Part shown: positions 1-8,014 of the stretch, one piece after another
How positions within the stretch are numbered: position 1 is the first letter of the stretch
How the letters are laid out: each line of letters begins with the position of its first letter
From: an uncultured Alphaproteobacteria bacterium
GTDB lineage: Bacteria; Pseudomonadota; Alphaproteobacteria; CAAGCB01; CAG-977
NCBI GenBank assembly: GCA_944393745.1
Contig: CALYBD010000002.1
Span: 21,591-85,590 of the forward strand
Reading direction: 5' to 3'
Length of the DNA: 64,000 nucleotides
Translations under genes and position numbers: made by a program
Notes under the pieces: generated by a model
What the model saw: only the letters and a program-made list of their open reading frames with translations
The model's database searches: none
Told to the model about the DNA's origin: nothing

Positions 1-13
1 GGGAAACGACGGT

Positions 14-370
14 TTGTCTGCGGAAGTGGCTTTTTTGCGTTCGCGGCGGTTGAATCAGGCTTCTCCCGAAGAATTAAAAGCGCGTCTGAAGGACGTTGTT
101 TTGGAAAAACGCCCGGAGTTAAAAAGCGGCGCAAGAAGTCTGGTCACGCGCCGACCGCGCCGTAAAGAAGAACTGCCGCCCAGCAAGTATGATTTTCCGA
201 TTCTGTATCCGGTTGACGAAGATGAAAAAGAACAAAACAATGATTCGGCCATGCAGGAGGTCGTCAAAGCCGCCGGCCGGGTCACAAATCATGTCAAGGA
301 AGTAATTCGGAAAGTCATTCCCCGTTCACGTATGCGCGTGAAACGTCAAAGGCAAAAACAAAGGAGCTAG
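14..370 (+). CDS. Hypothetical basic/charged small protein. It ends 4 nt before the coupling protein gene and is probably co-transcribed with it.
   Basis: 118 aa ORF ending at 370, immediately before the 374 start of the downstream gene; highly charged with Lys/Arg-rich ends. The 5' boundary is uncertain: the ORF sits at the window edge and the true start may lie upstream of position 14. Confidence 0.35.
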   Translation: MSAEVAFLRSRRLNQASPEELKARLKDVVLEKRPELKSGARSLVTRRPRRKEELPPSKYDFPILYPVDEDEKEQNNDSAMQEVVKAAGRVTNHVKEVIRKVIPRSRMRVKRQRQKQRS

Positions 371-373
371 GAT

Positions 374-2596
374 ATGGATCGTTATTCTATGCTTCCGTCC
401 CGCAGGGACCCGAACTTCGCAGAACATTATAAAGCCTTGGATTGGGTCATTCTGGGATTTTTATATTCTGCCATAGCCGCTTTTTTGTTTTCTTTGATTG
501 CTTATCCGTTAGGGCATATGATTTCCCATAATTTTTCGGCGCAATCCTGGGAAAATGTCAAACAATATTACATTTATTTAAAAGCGCATCCGTTTTTTTA
601 TTTTAAAAGCTACCTGCGTTGGGTTTTAATGTTTGCCAAAGATCCTTTTCAAAGCTTTGCCGTATGGATTCCCGCCATGCCTTTGTTTATTTTAATCGGC
701 GGCTGCATTTTAACGCTTTATACAAATCCTTATTATTTTGTTCAGCTGAACGAAGGGGACGGACGTTTGGCCGATGAACGCGATGTAAAGAAAATGGGAT
801 TGTGGAACGGTATGTCGTTTGTTCTGGGGCTGTGGAATGACAGGCATATTTTAAGAATGAACAATTATATGTCACTGTTGATTATCGGGGCGCCCGATTG
901 CGGAAAAACGTCAGGCGTTGTTATTCCCAGCATTTTGGCCAATGACGACAAATGTATGGTCATCAATGATATGAAAGGCGAGCTGTTCGAGCTGACCGGC
1001 GGACATCGGGCGGCTTTGGGGCCGGTGTTTCGGGTTGATTTTTTCGGCATTGACGATCCGGCAAACGGCGTGTTCTGGCCGACATGGAATCCGTTAAGCG
1101 ACATGGATTTACCGCCGCCTTCTCCGGGGCGACAGGGATATATCGGCGGGTTGGCTTTTTTCCTGTTAGGCGACGGGCCGACGGGGACGGATCCGTACTG
1201 GATCAAAGCCGGACGCGCGGCATTGGAAGGCTTTATCAATTATATTTGCGATAAATGCGAACAAGCCCGCGCAAACGATTATTTCCTGCAGCGCCTGTAT
1301 GAAGACGCCATGGACGAAGAAGATTTTGAAGTTCTGGAAACTTATTATGAATCCATGGAAAAAACGGTGGCTGTCAAACAGGCGTTGAATCACCTGCGCA
1401 AAAGGACGTTGACTTTTAAAAATTATCTGCCGATCGGGAAGTGGGATCCCATTCCCGAAGCCTGGATCGGCAGGCAGGCCAGTTTTCCGTTACTGATGGA
1501 TTTTATTACAAAACAGCAGCTGGATATTTCCGAAGAACTGCGTGCCAGGCGCGATGCCGGCGATCCGGTTGCTTTTAAAACGGATATATGGGCGCAGATA
1601 TTGTCCGATATCGTCGAAGAAACAAAATATTTCGGGTATAACAGGCGCGCTTTGGTCGAAATCAGCCAGATTTTGGCATTGCCGAAAACACAGCGGTCTT
1701 CCGTGTTGTCAATGGCTTTGTCCGGATTGGCTCCGTTTAAAAATGCGGCAATTCGTATGCGTATGGCTTCCAGCGATTTCGGCAGCGTGCAAATGCGCGG
1801 TATTAAAAACCCCGTTACAGGCCAGTGGGAACCGGTAACGTTTTATCTGGGCTGTCCGATTGACGGCATGACGAATGCCGTTATGACAATGTTTATCAAT
1901 ATGTATTCGGGGACATTGACTATTTTTGATGTTTCGGAAGGCCCTTGCGGCCCTTATCCCGTTTTATATATTCTGGACGAATACCACAATATGCCGGATT
2001 TTCATGTGGCGGATTCTGTGGGCACCGGTATAGCCAAACATTATGCTTTTTTATTGACATGTCAGGATTTGTCTCAGCTGTCCGGTCGTTACGGCGGTGA
2101 ACTGGATACGATTATCGGCAATACGGGCGCCAAGATTTTTATGCGTTGCAACAGCCGCGGAACAGCGGAACGCATTAATGCCTTGATTGAAAAAAAGACG
2201 TTTGTCATTTTCTCTGAAAGCCGGACGGAAGGGATTGGTTCTGGGACAACGCCGTTTTCTGATAAAAACATCAGCTACGGCACGATGGGCGGATTGATCA
2301 TTTCCAATTCGTCAATTATGAACATGCCGTTCGGCCGTCAGTATGCATTGATCCAAAAACATCATAATCGACCGATCAAATTAAAAACGCCCGTTTATTT
2401 CAAAGACAGAGAGATGACAAAGCAAACAAAACTGCCGCCGCCGCCGCCTTTGCCGGTCAACATTTATAATCAGCGTAATGAAGAAGACAAGCTTCCCCCG
2501 CCGGAGGATATATCCGTTGAACCGGCTTATATGCAGGTGAAAAAACTGGCTGATCAGGAAGCCGAAGAAGAACAGGAAAACATAACGGAAGAATAG
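374..2596 (+). CDS. Type IV secretion/conjugation coupling protein (VirD4/TraG/TraD family ATPase)
   Basis: Two N-terminal TM helices are present. Walker A reads LLIIGAPDCGKTSGVVIPSIL, followed by the MVINDMKGELFELTGGHRA block typical of TraG/VirD4, and Walker B-like YILDEYH. The acidic C-terminus is proline-rich (PPPPPLP, LPPPED). Confidence 0.7.
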   Translation: MDRYSMLPSRRDPNFAEHYKALDWVILGFLYSAIAAFLFSLIAYPLGHMISHNFSAQSWENVKQYYIYLKAHPFFYFKSYLRWVLMFAKDPFQSFAVWIPAMPLFILIGGCILTLYTNPYYFVQLNEGDGRLADERDVKKMGLWNGMSFVLGLWNDRHILRMNNYMSLLIIGAPDCGKTSGVVIPSILANDDKCMVINDMKGELFELTGGHRAALGPVFRVDFFGIDDPANGVFWPTWNPLSDMDLPPPSPGRQGYIGGLAFFLLGDGPTGTDPYWIKAGRAALEGFINYICDKCEQARANDYFLQRLYEDAMDEEDFEVLETYYESMEKTVAVKQALNHLRKRTLTFKNYLPIGKWDPIPEAWIGRQASFPLLMDFITKQQLDISEELRARRDAGDPVAFKTDIWAQILSDIVEETKYFGYNRRALVEISQILALPKTQRSSVLSMALSGLAPFKNAAIRMRMASSDFGSVQMRGIKNPVTGQWEPVTFYLGCPIDGMTNAVMTMFINMYSGTLTIFDVSEGPCGPYPVLYILDEYHNMPDFHVADSVGTGIAKHYAFLLTCQDLSQLSGRYGGELDTIIGNTGAKIFMRCNSRGTAERINALIEKKTFVIFSESRTEGIGSGTTPFSDKNISYGTMGGLIISNSSIMNMPFGRQYALIQKHHNRPIKLKTPVYFKDREMTKQTKLPPPPPLPVNIYNQRNEEDKLPPPEDISVEPAYMQVKKLADQEAEEEQENITEE

Positions 2597-2680
2597 TTTC
2601 GGCAAAGTTCTTTTTTATATCTGTTCAAAAAAACAAAAGAATGATATAAAAAGACATCTTTTTTATAGGAGTAAGAACAC

Positions 2681-3850
2681 ATGAAAGCGGTAGAAATCAA
2701 AAAAGGGATTTACTGGGTCGGCGTCAAGGATTGGAATTTACGCGAATTTCACGGCTATACGACATCGCGCGGGTCTACATATAACGCTTATTTGATTATT
2801 GATGATAAAATTACGTTGATTGACGGCGTTAAAGCGCCTTTTACCGATTTGTTTATGCGTCGGATCGCTTCGGTGATTGATCCGGCAAAGATTGACGTCG
2901 TGATCTGCAATCATGTGGAAATGGATCATTCCGGCGCTTTGCCGGCCATTATGGAAAAGGCTAAAAACGCAACGTTGTATTGTCCGCCGGCCGGGGAACG
3001 CGGATTAAAAATGCATTATGATACGGCGAATTGGAAAATGCAGATTGTCAAAACCGGTGATACGTTGAATATCGGTAAACATACTTTGACATTTGTGCAG
3101 ATGCCGATGGTGCATTGGCCGGATTCGATGATGACGTACGTTGCCGACGAAAAACTGCTGTTCCCGAACGACGGGTTTGGCCAGCACTATGCGTCCGATG
3201 AATTATTTGACGATGAAAATCTGGATATTATTTTGGACGAGGCGAAAAAGTATTACGGCAACATTGTCTGGCCGTACGGGGCGCAAGTGCAAAAAGTTTT
3301 GGAAACGGCGGCAACGCTGGATATTGAAATGATTGCCCCCAGCCACGGGATCATTTGGCGCAAGCATATTCCTGAAATTGTTGAAAAGTATAAATTATGG
3401 TCATCATACGGCAGCATTGCGGACAAAGCCGTCATTGTTTATGATTCCATGTGGGGGTCAACGGAACAAATGGCGCGTGAAGTCGCCGCGGCCTGGGGTG
3501 AAAAGGGATTGCGGGTAACATTGTGTTCATTGAAATACAGCAATGTTTCCGATGCGATCAATGATATTGTCGAAGCCAAATATGTTGCGCTGGGGTCTCC
3601 GACGCTGAATTCGGGTATTTTACCGACGATGGGGGCTTTTCTGACATATTTAAAAGGATTGGCTCCGAAGAACAAAGTCGGTTTTTGCTTTGGTTCTTAC
3701 GGTTGGAAAAAGGACGCGCAGGACGAAATGCAAAATATTCTGACCAATTTGGGCTGGGAGCTGCCCGAACCGATTATGACAATCAATTGGCGTCCGACAC
3801 CGGAAGGGTTGCGGCAGCTGCATGAAACGGCGCTGAAAGTCGTTAAATAA
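2681..3850 (+). CDS. Flavodiiron protein (FprA/flavorubredoxin-like; metallo-beta-lactamase plus flavodoxin domains)
   Basis: The N-terminus MKAVEIKKGIYWVGVKDWNLREFHGYTT and the di-iron motif region CNHVEMDHSGAL match the family. A C-terminal flavodoxin-like module is present, and 389 aa fits class A FDPs. There is an RBS-like aggag upstream. Confidence 0.85.
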   Translation: MKAVEIKKGIYWVGVKDWNLREFHGYTTSRGSTYNAYLIIDDKITLIDGVKAPFTDLFMRRIASVIDPAKIDVVICNHVEMDHSGALPAIMEKAKNATLYCPPAGERGLKMHYDTANWKMQIVKTGDTLNIGKHTLTFVQMPMVHWPDSMMTYVADEKLLFPNDGFGQHYASDELFDDENLDIILDEAKKYYGNIVWPYGAQVQKVLETAATLDIEMIAPSHGIIWRKHIPEIVEKYKLWSSYGSIADKAVIVYDSMWGSTEQMAREVAAAWGEKGLRVTLCSLKYSNVSDAINDIVEAKYVALGSPTLNSGILPTMGAFLTYLKGLAPKNKVGFCFGSYGWKKDAQDEMQNILTNLGWELPEPIMTINWRPTPEGLRQLHETALKVVK

Positions 3851-3867
3851 TCAGGCAAAGAAATAAA

Positions 3868-3896
3868 AAGGCTCCTGTATTCGGAGCCTTTTTTAA
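3868..3896 (+). terminator. Rho-independent terminator after the flavodiiron gene
   Basis: GGCTCCtgtattcGGAGCC hairpin followed by TTTTT. Confidence 0.7.
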
Positions 3897-4062
3897 CGGC
3901 AGAAAGGGGCGTTTTGAAAAAAGAGTATTTCGGAAACATTCATTGGCGTCAGGACACGCCGGCAGAGGGATTAAAAACAGAAAGAAGGGAAGACAGTTTT
4001 TTTTCACCGATCAAAAGTGCGACTGTTTTTTTAGGTTAAACGGGAAAAATGCTTAATAAAAT

Positions 4063-4090
4063 TCCCCGCATAAAAGCGGGGAATACCTTT
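4063..4090 (-). terminator. Hairpin terminator downstream of the 4115..4837 minus-strand gene
   Basis: TTCCCCGCataaaaGCGGGGAA perfect stem; the minus-strand reading is followed by a T-rich run. Confidence 0.5.
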
Positions 4091-4114
4091 GGTTCAACCA
4101 AGCTTTGTTGTATA

Positions 4115-4837
4115 TCAGCGACCGCCGGATTTTTTCTGCTGCAGCGCCAGCGGCGTAATCATACCGCCCGGATTTCCCAGACCGGCCGCAAAGAGCTGTT
4201 GAACGTCTTTTTTATATTCCTGACGATTTTCTTTACGGCTTTCTTTGCGGATTTGATTTTTCAGTTGTTTTAACGCCCATTGCGCATGTTTTACTTCCAT
4301 ATAGGAGGTAATTTCCCGTTTTTCTTCAGGGGTTTTGGATTCAAACTTTTTCTGCAGTTTTCTGGTTGCGATGACGCCGCCGACCGCCGCGCCGATTCCG
4401 GCCAGACCGACAGCAACGCCGATCGGCTTGTTATGTCCCAGCGAACTGAGCGTACAAACGATTCCGGGAATAACCCCCATGGCCAGCCCGAAATTAGAAG
4501 TCGGTTCGTCTCTGTACAGTTCGGCGTTTAAAGCATAATTGGCTTTTGTTCTTGAAGATGCTTTTTTGGCTTCGTTTTTCAGTTCCTGTTCTTTTTTTTG
4601 GATATCTTCTTTTTTAATACCGGTCAGCAGTTCTTTGTTGGCTTTTTCGCCGTAACTTTGCGCATAGCTTTCAACAAAATGTTTGGCAGAGCTGCGAATT
4701 CCCTCCGCGGACATATTATTCAGGTATTCGCAGGCATTTTTCAGGTAGGAATCCAACAGTTCCGATGAAGTTGGTTTTTTATTTTCGTTTGCCGAAAGAA
4801 ACAAAGACACGTTCAAGACTCCTTCATAAAAATACAT
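4115..4837 (-). CDS. Hypothetical membrane protein with a glycine-zipper TM segment and charged coiled-coil flanks
   Basis: 240 aa; GLAMGVIPGIVCTLSSLGHNKPIGVAVGLAGIGAAVGGVIAT flanked by Lys/Glu-rich segments; no recognisable enzymatic motif. Confidence 0.5.
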   Translation of the reverse strand: MYFYEGVLNVSLFLSANENKKPTSSELLDSYLKNACEYLNNMSAEGIRSSAKHFVESYAQSYGEKANKELLTGIKKEDIQKKEQELKNEAKKASSRTKANYALNAELYRDEPTSNFGLAMGVIPGIVCTLSSLGHNKPIGVAVGLAGIGAAVGGVIATRKLQKKFESKTPEEKREITSYMEVKHAQWALKQLKNQIRKESRKENRQEYKKDVQQLFAAGLGNPGGMITPLALQQKKSGGR

Positions 4838-4937
4838 TCTTTATTTAAAGATAACGCGTTTTTTTTCTTTTTGCAAATTTTTTTAATTTTTTGGACAAAA
4901 AATTAAAATATTTTCAGTCTTTTAAAGAAGGAGGATT

Positions 4938-4968
4938 CAAAAAAGCCCCTGAAATCAGGGGCTTTTTC
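4938..4968 (-). terminator. Rho-independent terminator downstream of the cysteine-rich repeat protein gene (bidirectional-looking)
   Basis: AGCCCCTGaaatCAGGGGCT stem flanked by an A-run and a T-run. Confidence 0.7.
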
Positions 4969-5088
4969 CGTAGTTTTGTCTATATTATCTGACAGAACAC
5001 TCAGTACTTGAAAAACGTTATCTGTTTTAAACTCTCCTCCGTTTGTTGTTAAATCAACAAAAGACAGACAGTTTTTCTATGATGCTGT

Positions 5089-6858
5089 TTAATCAATTGA
5101 GCATTCACTGCTTGAGCAACTGCAAGTCGTTTTTGTAGAAACTACTTTACTGCAGCTGGCGCTGGTGCAACCGGTAGACTTTTCCCGTTTTTCCACTTTA
5201 CAGGACGGGGATCCCTTTAATCCTTTGGGGAATTTCATGGTGACACCTTTTCCGCCTGTCGAAGCTTCTTGCAAAGTGACGGTACCGGTAACAGTTACAG
5301 GATCATTGAATGTAATAACAGAGTCCAGATCCGCTAATTCTGTATCGGTATGTCCTGTGGAGCTCAGACTGCTTGTCGTAAAACTGCCGTTTACCGTAGC
5401 ATTATTCCAGAAGGGCAGAGCGACAGACTGGAATGTAGGAGATCCTTCCGGCATTGTGATTGTTGCATAGTTACCATATCCCCAGATATTGCAGTATCCT
5501 GCCGGAATTGTTTTAGCTCCGTCGGAATTCCAGTCGAAAGTACCTTCACAACCATCTTTGATCACGCATTCTGTGGAAGAACATTCACAAATCGCATCTG
5601 TTGATGTGGTTTTGCTGCAGCTGGCGTATCCGCAACCGGAGGAAGAATTGTGTTTTTCAACCACGCATTTGGGTGACCCTTTTAATCCTTTGGGGAATTT
5701 CATGGTCACGCCTTTTCTGGCGCCTTTGGTTGAAGACGAAGCTTCCTGCAGATGGACGGTACCGGTAACGGTGACAGGATCGTTAAACGTAATAACCGTG
5801 TCCAAATCGTCCAGATACCAGCTGGTATGTCCGGTGGAATACAGATCGGCTGTCGTAAAGCTGCCTTTTACGGAAGCATAATCCCAGAAACGTACGTTGA
5901 CAGAGGTCAGCGAAGCTCCGGACGGCATCGTAATATTAGCGTTTGCCCCGTATCCGTCAATGCAGTAATAGCCGGACGGAACGGTCATGGCACCATTGGC
6001 ATTCCAGAAGAATCTTTGCGCAGAAGAACAAGTTGACGGAACTGTGTCAATTGCGCACTGCGATGACGTACAGGTACAGGTCCGTTCCGTTTCGACTTTT
6101 TTGCTGCAGCTGGCAGAAGAACAACCGGAAGAAGCGACTTGTTTTTCAACAACGCAAGTCGGATTACCCTTCAAACCGCCGTTGAAAATCATTTTAACCC
6201 CTTTGCCGGCATCGGCGGAATCTTCCTGTAAGATAACCGTTCCCGTAACAGTTACCGGATTTTTAAAGGTAATTGTGGAATTCAAATTCCCCAGTTGCCA
6301 ACTGGTGTGGCCCGTTGAAACCAGATTCGTTGTCGTAAATGCGCCGCCTGAAACCGTGGCGTTATTCCAGAAACGAAGATTGACAGTGCTGTATGTCGGA
6401 TTTGTATTCGGTACGGTAATTGTGGAACGTTTTCCGTAACCGTCAATCGTGCCGCATTTGCTGCCCAGTACAACTGCATTGTTGTGATTCCAACTGCAGC
6501 TGGATTTTTTACAAGTGCTGCCGATTAATTCATAATCGTCATCACAATGTGTGCATACCGTTCCCGTATCGCATTGGTTGCAGCCTTCCATTGCTTCTGC
6601 GCAGGACTGGCAGCCGTTTGTTTTTGAATCGTAAAAACCGACCAGACAAACACTGGCCTGTTCCCCGCCGATGGGGTTTAATTTGTCTTCAAGTTCGATA
6701 CTCGAGTTGCTTAAAGATGTGGACGAACGTCCCAATTTTACCGCTTTGGCAAGGGTGAACGCTGCTGAATCATTAAAAACCGAATTTTTTGATGCTTGTG
6801 CCGGTTGTATTAAAAATGTACCGCCGGCGAATAAAAGCAAATAAGCTATTTTTTTCAT
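5089..6858 (-). CDS. Secreted cysteine-rich protein built of three tandem ~158 aa repeats (putative surface/adhesin-like protein)
   Basis: N-terminal signal peptide MKKIAYLLLFAGGTFLIQPAQA. The unit GVTMKFPKGLKGSP.C.VEK...SGC..ASCSK....C.C.S.EC recurs three times at protein level. The repeats are visible in DNA, for example 5203-5245 versus 5676-5720, with an offset of about 474 bp. The protein has many Cys and many N-x-S/T motifs. Confidence 0.7.
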   Translation of the reverse strand: MKKIAYLLLFAGGTFLIQPAQASKNSVFNDSAAFTLAKAVKLGRSSTSLSNSSIELEDKLNPIGGEQASVCLVGFYDSKTNGCQSCAEAMEGCNQCDTGTVCTHCDDDYELIGSTCKKSSCSWNHNNAVVLGSKCGTIDGYGKRSTITVPNTNPTYSTVNLRFWNNATVSGGAFTTTNLVSTGHTSWQLGNLNSTITFKNPVTVTGTVILQEDSADAGKGVKMIFNGGLKGNPTCVVEKQVASSGCSSASCSKKVETERTCTCTSSQCAIDTVPSTCSSAQRFFWNANGAMTVPSGYYCIDGYGANANITMPSGASLTSVNVRFWDYASVKGSFTTADLYSTGHTSWYLDDLDTVITFNDPVTVTGTVHLQEASSSTKGARKGVTMKFPKGLKGSPKCVVEKHNSSSGCGYASCSKTTSTDAICECSSTECVIKDGCEGTFDWNSDGAKTIPAGYCNIWGYGNYATITMPEGSPTFQSVALPFWNNATVNGSFTTSSLSSTGHTDTELADLDSVITFNDPVTVTGTVTLQEASTGGKGVTMKFPKGLKGSPSCKVEKREKSTGCTSASCSKVVSTKTTCSCSSSECSID

Positions 6859-6879
6859 AAAAAGCCTCCTTACATTTCA

Positions 6880-7045
6880 AATTGTATCTGCCTTTGGTAT
6901 CTATAAAAGATACAAAAATTATTTTCCATGAGAATTAAGAAAAAAGCAAGAAATATTTAAAATTTTTCCTTGTATCTGAAGAAAATGTATACATATTTTT
7001 TATATGTATCTGAAAATAAATTGTTTTTTTGGATACAAATTCACC
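6880..7045. promoter_or_regulatory. AT-rich promoter region of the cysteine-rich protein gene carrying at least five TGTATC/GATACA motifs in both orientations (candidate operator array)
   Basis: TGTATCTG appears at ~6884, ~6973 and ~7008. GATACAAA appears at ~6910 and ~7034. ATGTATCT recurs upstream of the XRE gene, as AGATACAT at ~7682. Confidence 0.4.
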
Positions 7046-7127
7046 AAAAGGATGATACGGATTAAAAAAAACAGAAAAAAGTGTCGGAAAAATGGAAAGA
7101 ATCAGCAGGCAAGGAAGATCAGGAAAA

Positions 7128-7215
7128 AACAAAGAATCCGGTCGGCAGGGCGGGGAAGGTCGGGAAAAAACTAAAGAATCCGGTCGGCGGGACGAGGAAG
7201 GTCGGGAAAAAGAAA
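7128..7215. repeat. Tandem direct repeat, ~2 copies of a ~43 bp unit (AAAGAATCCGGTCGGC.GG.CG.GGAAGGTCGGGAAAAA)
   Basis: The two units at 7129-7170 and 7173-7214 are ~90% identical. A partial third copy lies just upstream, at ~7105-7128. The repeat lies between the XRE gene 3' end and the cysteine-rich gene promoter. Confidence 0.7.
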
Positions 7216-7224
7216 AGCGGGAAA

Positions 7225-7635
7225 TTATTTTTTAACCCTGAAACTTTTCGCCAAATTCAACAAGGCTGTCTGTTGTTCTTTTGTCAAAGAACGGAACAAT
7301 TCCAACATCGTTATTTCATCGGAAGATGAAGAAAGCGACTGTTTTAATTCCTGCAACAGATCCTCTATTTTCAGGCAAATTTGGGAAACGGATCTGTCTT
7401 TTTGTGGAATTTGCGTTGATCCGTCGGATAACAAAATATCCGAAATATCGCATTCCAATGCTTTGCTGAGCTTAACCAGCCAGAATTCTTTTAATTGAAT
7501 GTGCCCTTTTTCCAGTTTATTGACCTGAGCCCGCTGCGTATCCATTTTGTCAGCCAGCTGCTGCATGGTCCAACCCTTTTCCAGGCGTAATTTTTCAATG
7601 TTATTCGGGCGTTTTGTTCGTTCTCTTTTTTTCAT
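7225..7635 (-). CDS. XRE-family helix-turn-helix transcriptional regulator
   Basis: The N-terminal half carries an XRE-type HTH: IEKLRLEKGWTMQQLADKMDTQRAQVNKLEKG. The protein is 136 aa. Confidence 0.8.
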   Translation of the reverse strand: MKKRERTKRPNNIEKLRLEKGWTMQQLADKMDTQRAQVNKLEKGHIQLKEFWLVKLSKALECDISDILLSDGSTQIPQKDRSVSQICLKIEDLLQELKQSLSSSSDEITMLELFRSLTKEQQTALLNLAKSFRVKK

Positions 7636-7937
7636 TGGGCTATTATGTCACAGCTGAAAAAAGGCATAAATATCCAGTTTAGATACATATTATATACAAA
7701 ATAACACTTTTTTGTGGTGGCCGGAAAAAGATCAAAGTTGAAAAAAATAATAAAAAAACAGCGGTATTTTTTTGTTTTTTACTTGCGCGATCCGTTCTGA
7801 CTTTTTTGAAAAGCAGGGAAGGTGTTGGGTAAAATGATATCAGTGCGTTATTTTCGAACGTTCAAACAAAATCCTTAAAAAAATAATTTATCGGCGTAAA
7901 AAACAGTGCCTTAAGACGGAACGGGAAAAAGCTTTTT

Positions 7938-7973
7938 ATAAAAAACAACTGCCGAAAAGTCTGTTTTCTTCTT
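7938..7973 (-). terminator. Rho-independent terminator downstream of the Lon-like protease gene
   Basis: CTGCCGAAAAG...CTTTTTCGGCAG stem; the minus-strand reading is followed by a T-run. Confidence 0.65.
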
Positions 7974-8014
7974 TTTCGGCAGCTGTCTAAAGGTTGATTT
8001 TTTTTTGTTTCCGA

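Noticed and set aside
1542-1838. 98 aa ORF and several other 60-125 aa ORFs inside or antisense to the coupling-protein gene (687-875, 865-1239, 1166-1393, 2089-2271, 2381-2605)
   Set aside because: They are fully nested within a long, motif-supported CDS in another frame or strand. Their composition is Arg/Cys-rich in the way out-of-frame translation typically is.
5165-6758. A series of + strand ORFs (5165-5470, 5350-5604, 5489-5881, 5752-6036, 5987-6439, 6420-6758) opposite the cysteine-rich gene
   Set aside because: These are antisense shadows of the minus-strand tandem-repeat gene. The repeats propagate the same spurious ORFs three times.
7081-7329. 82 aa ORF with KNPVGxxGKVGKK repeats
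   Set aside because: Its repetitive peptide is simply the translation of the 43 bp tandem DNA repeat. The ORF has no RBS and overlaps the 3' end of the XRE gene, so it was treated as a DNA repeat, not a gene.
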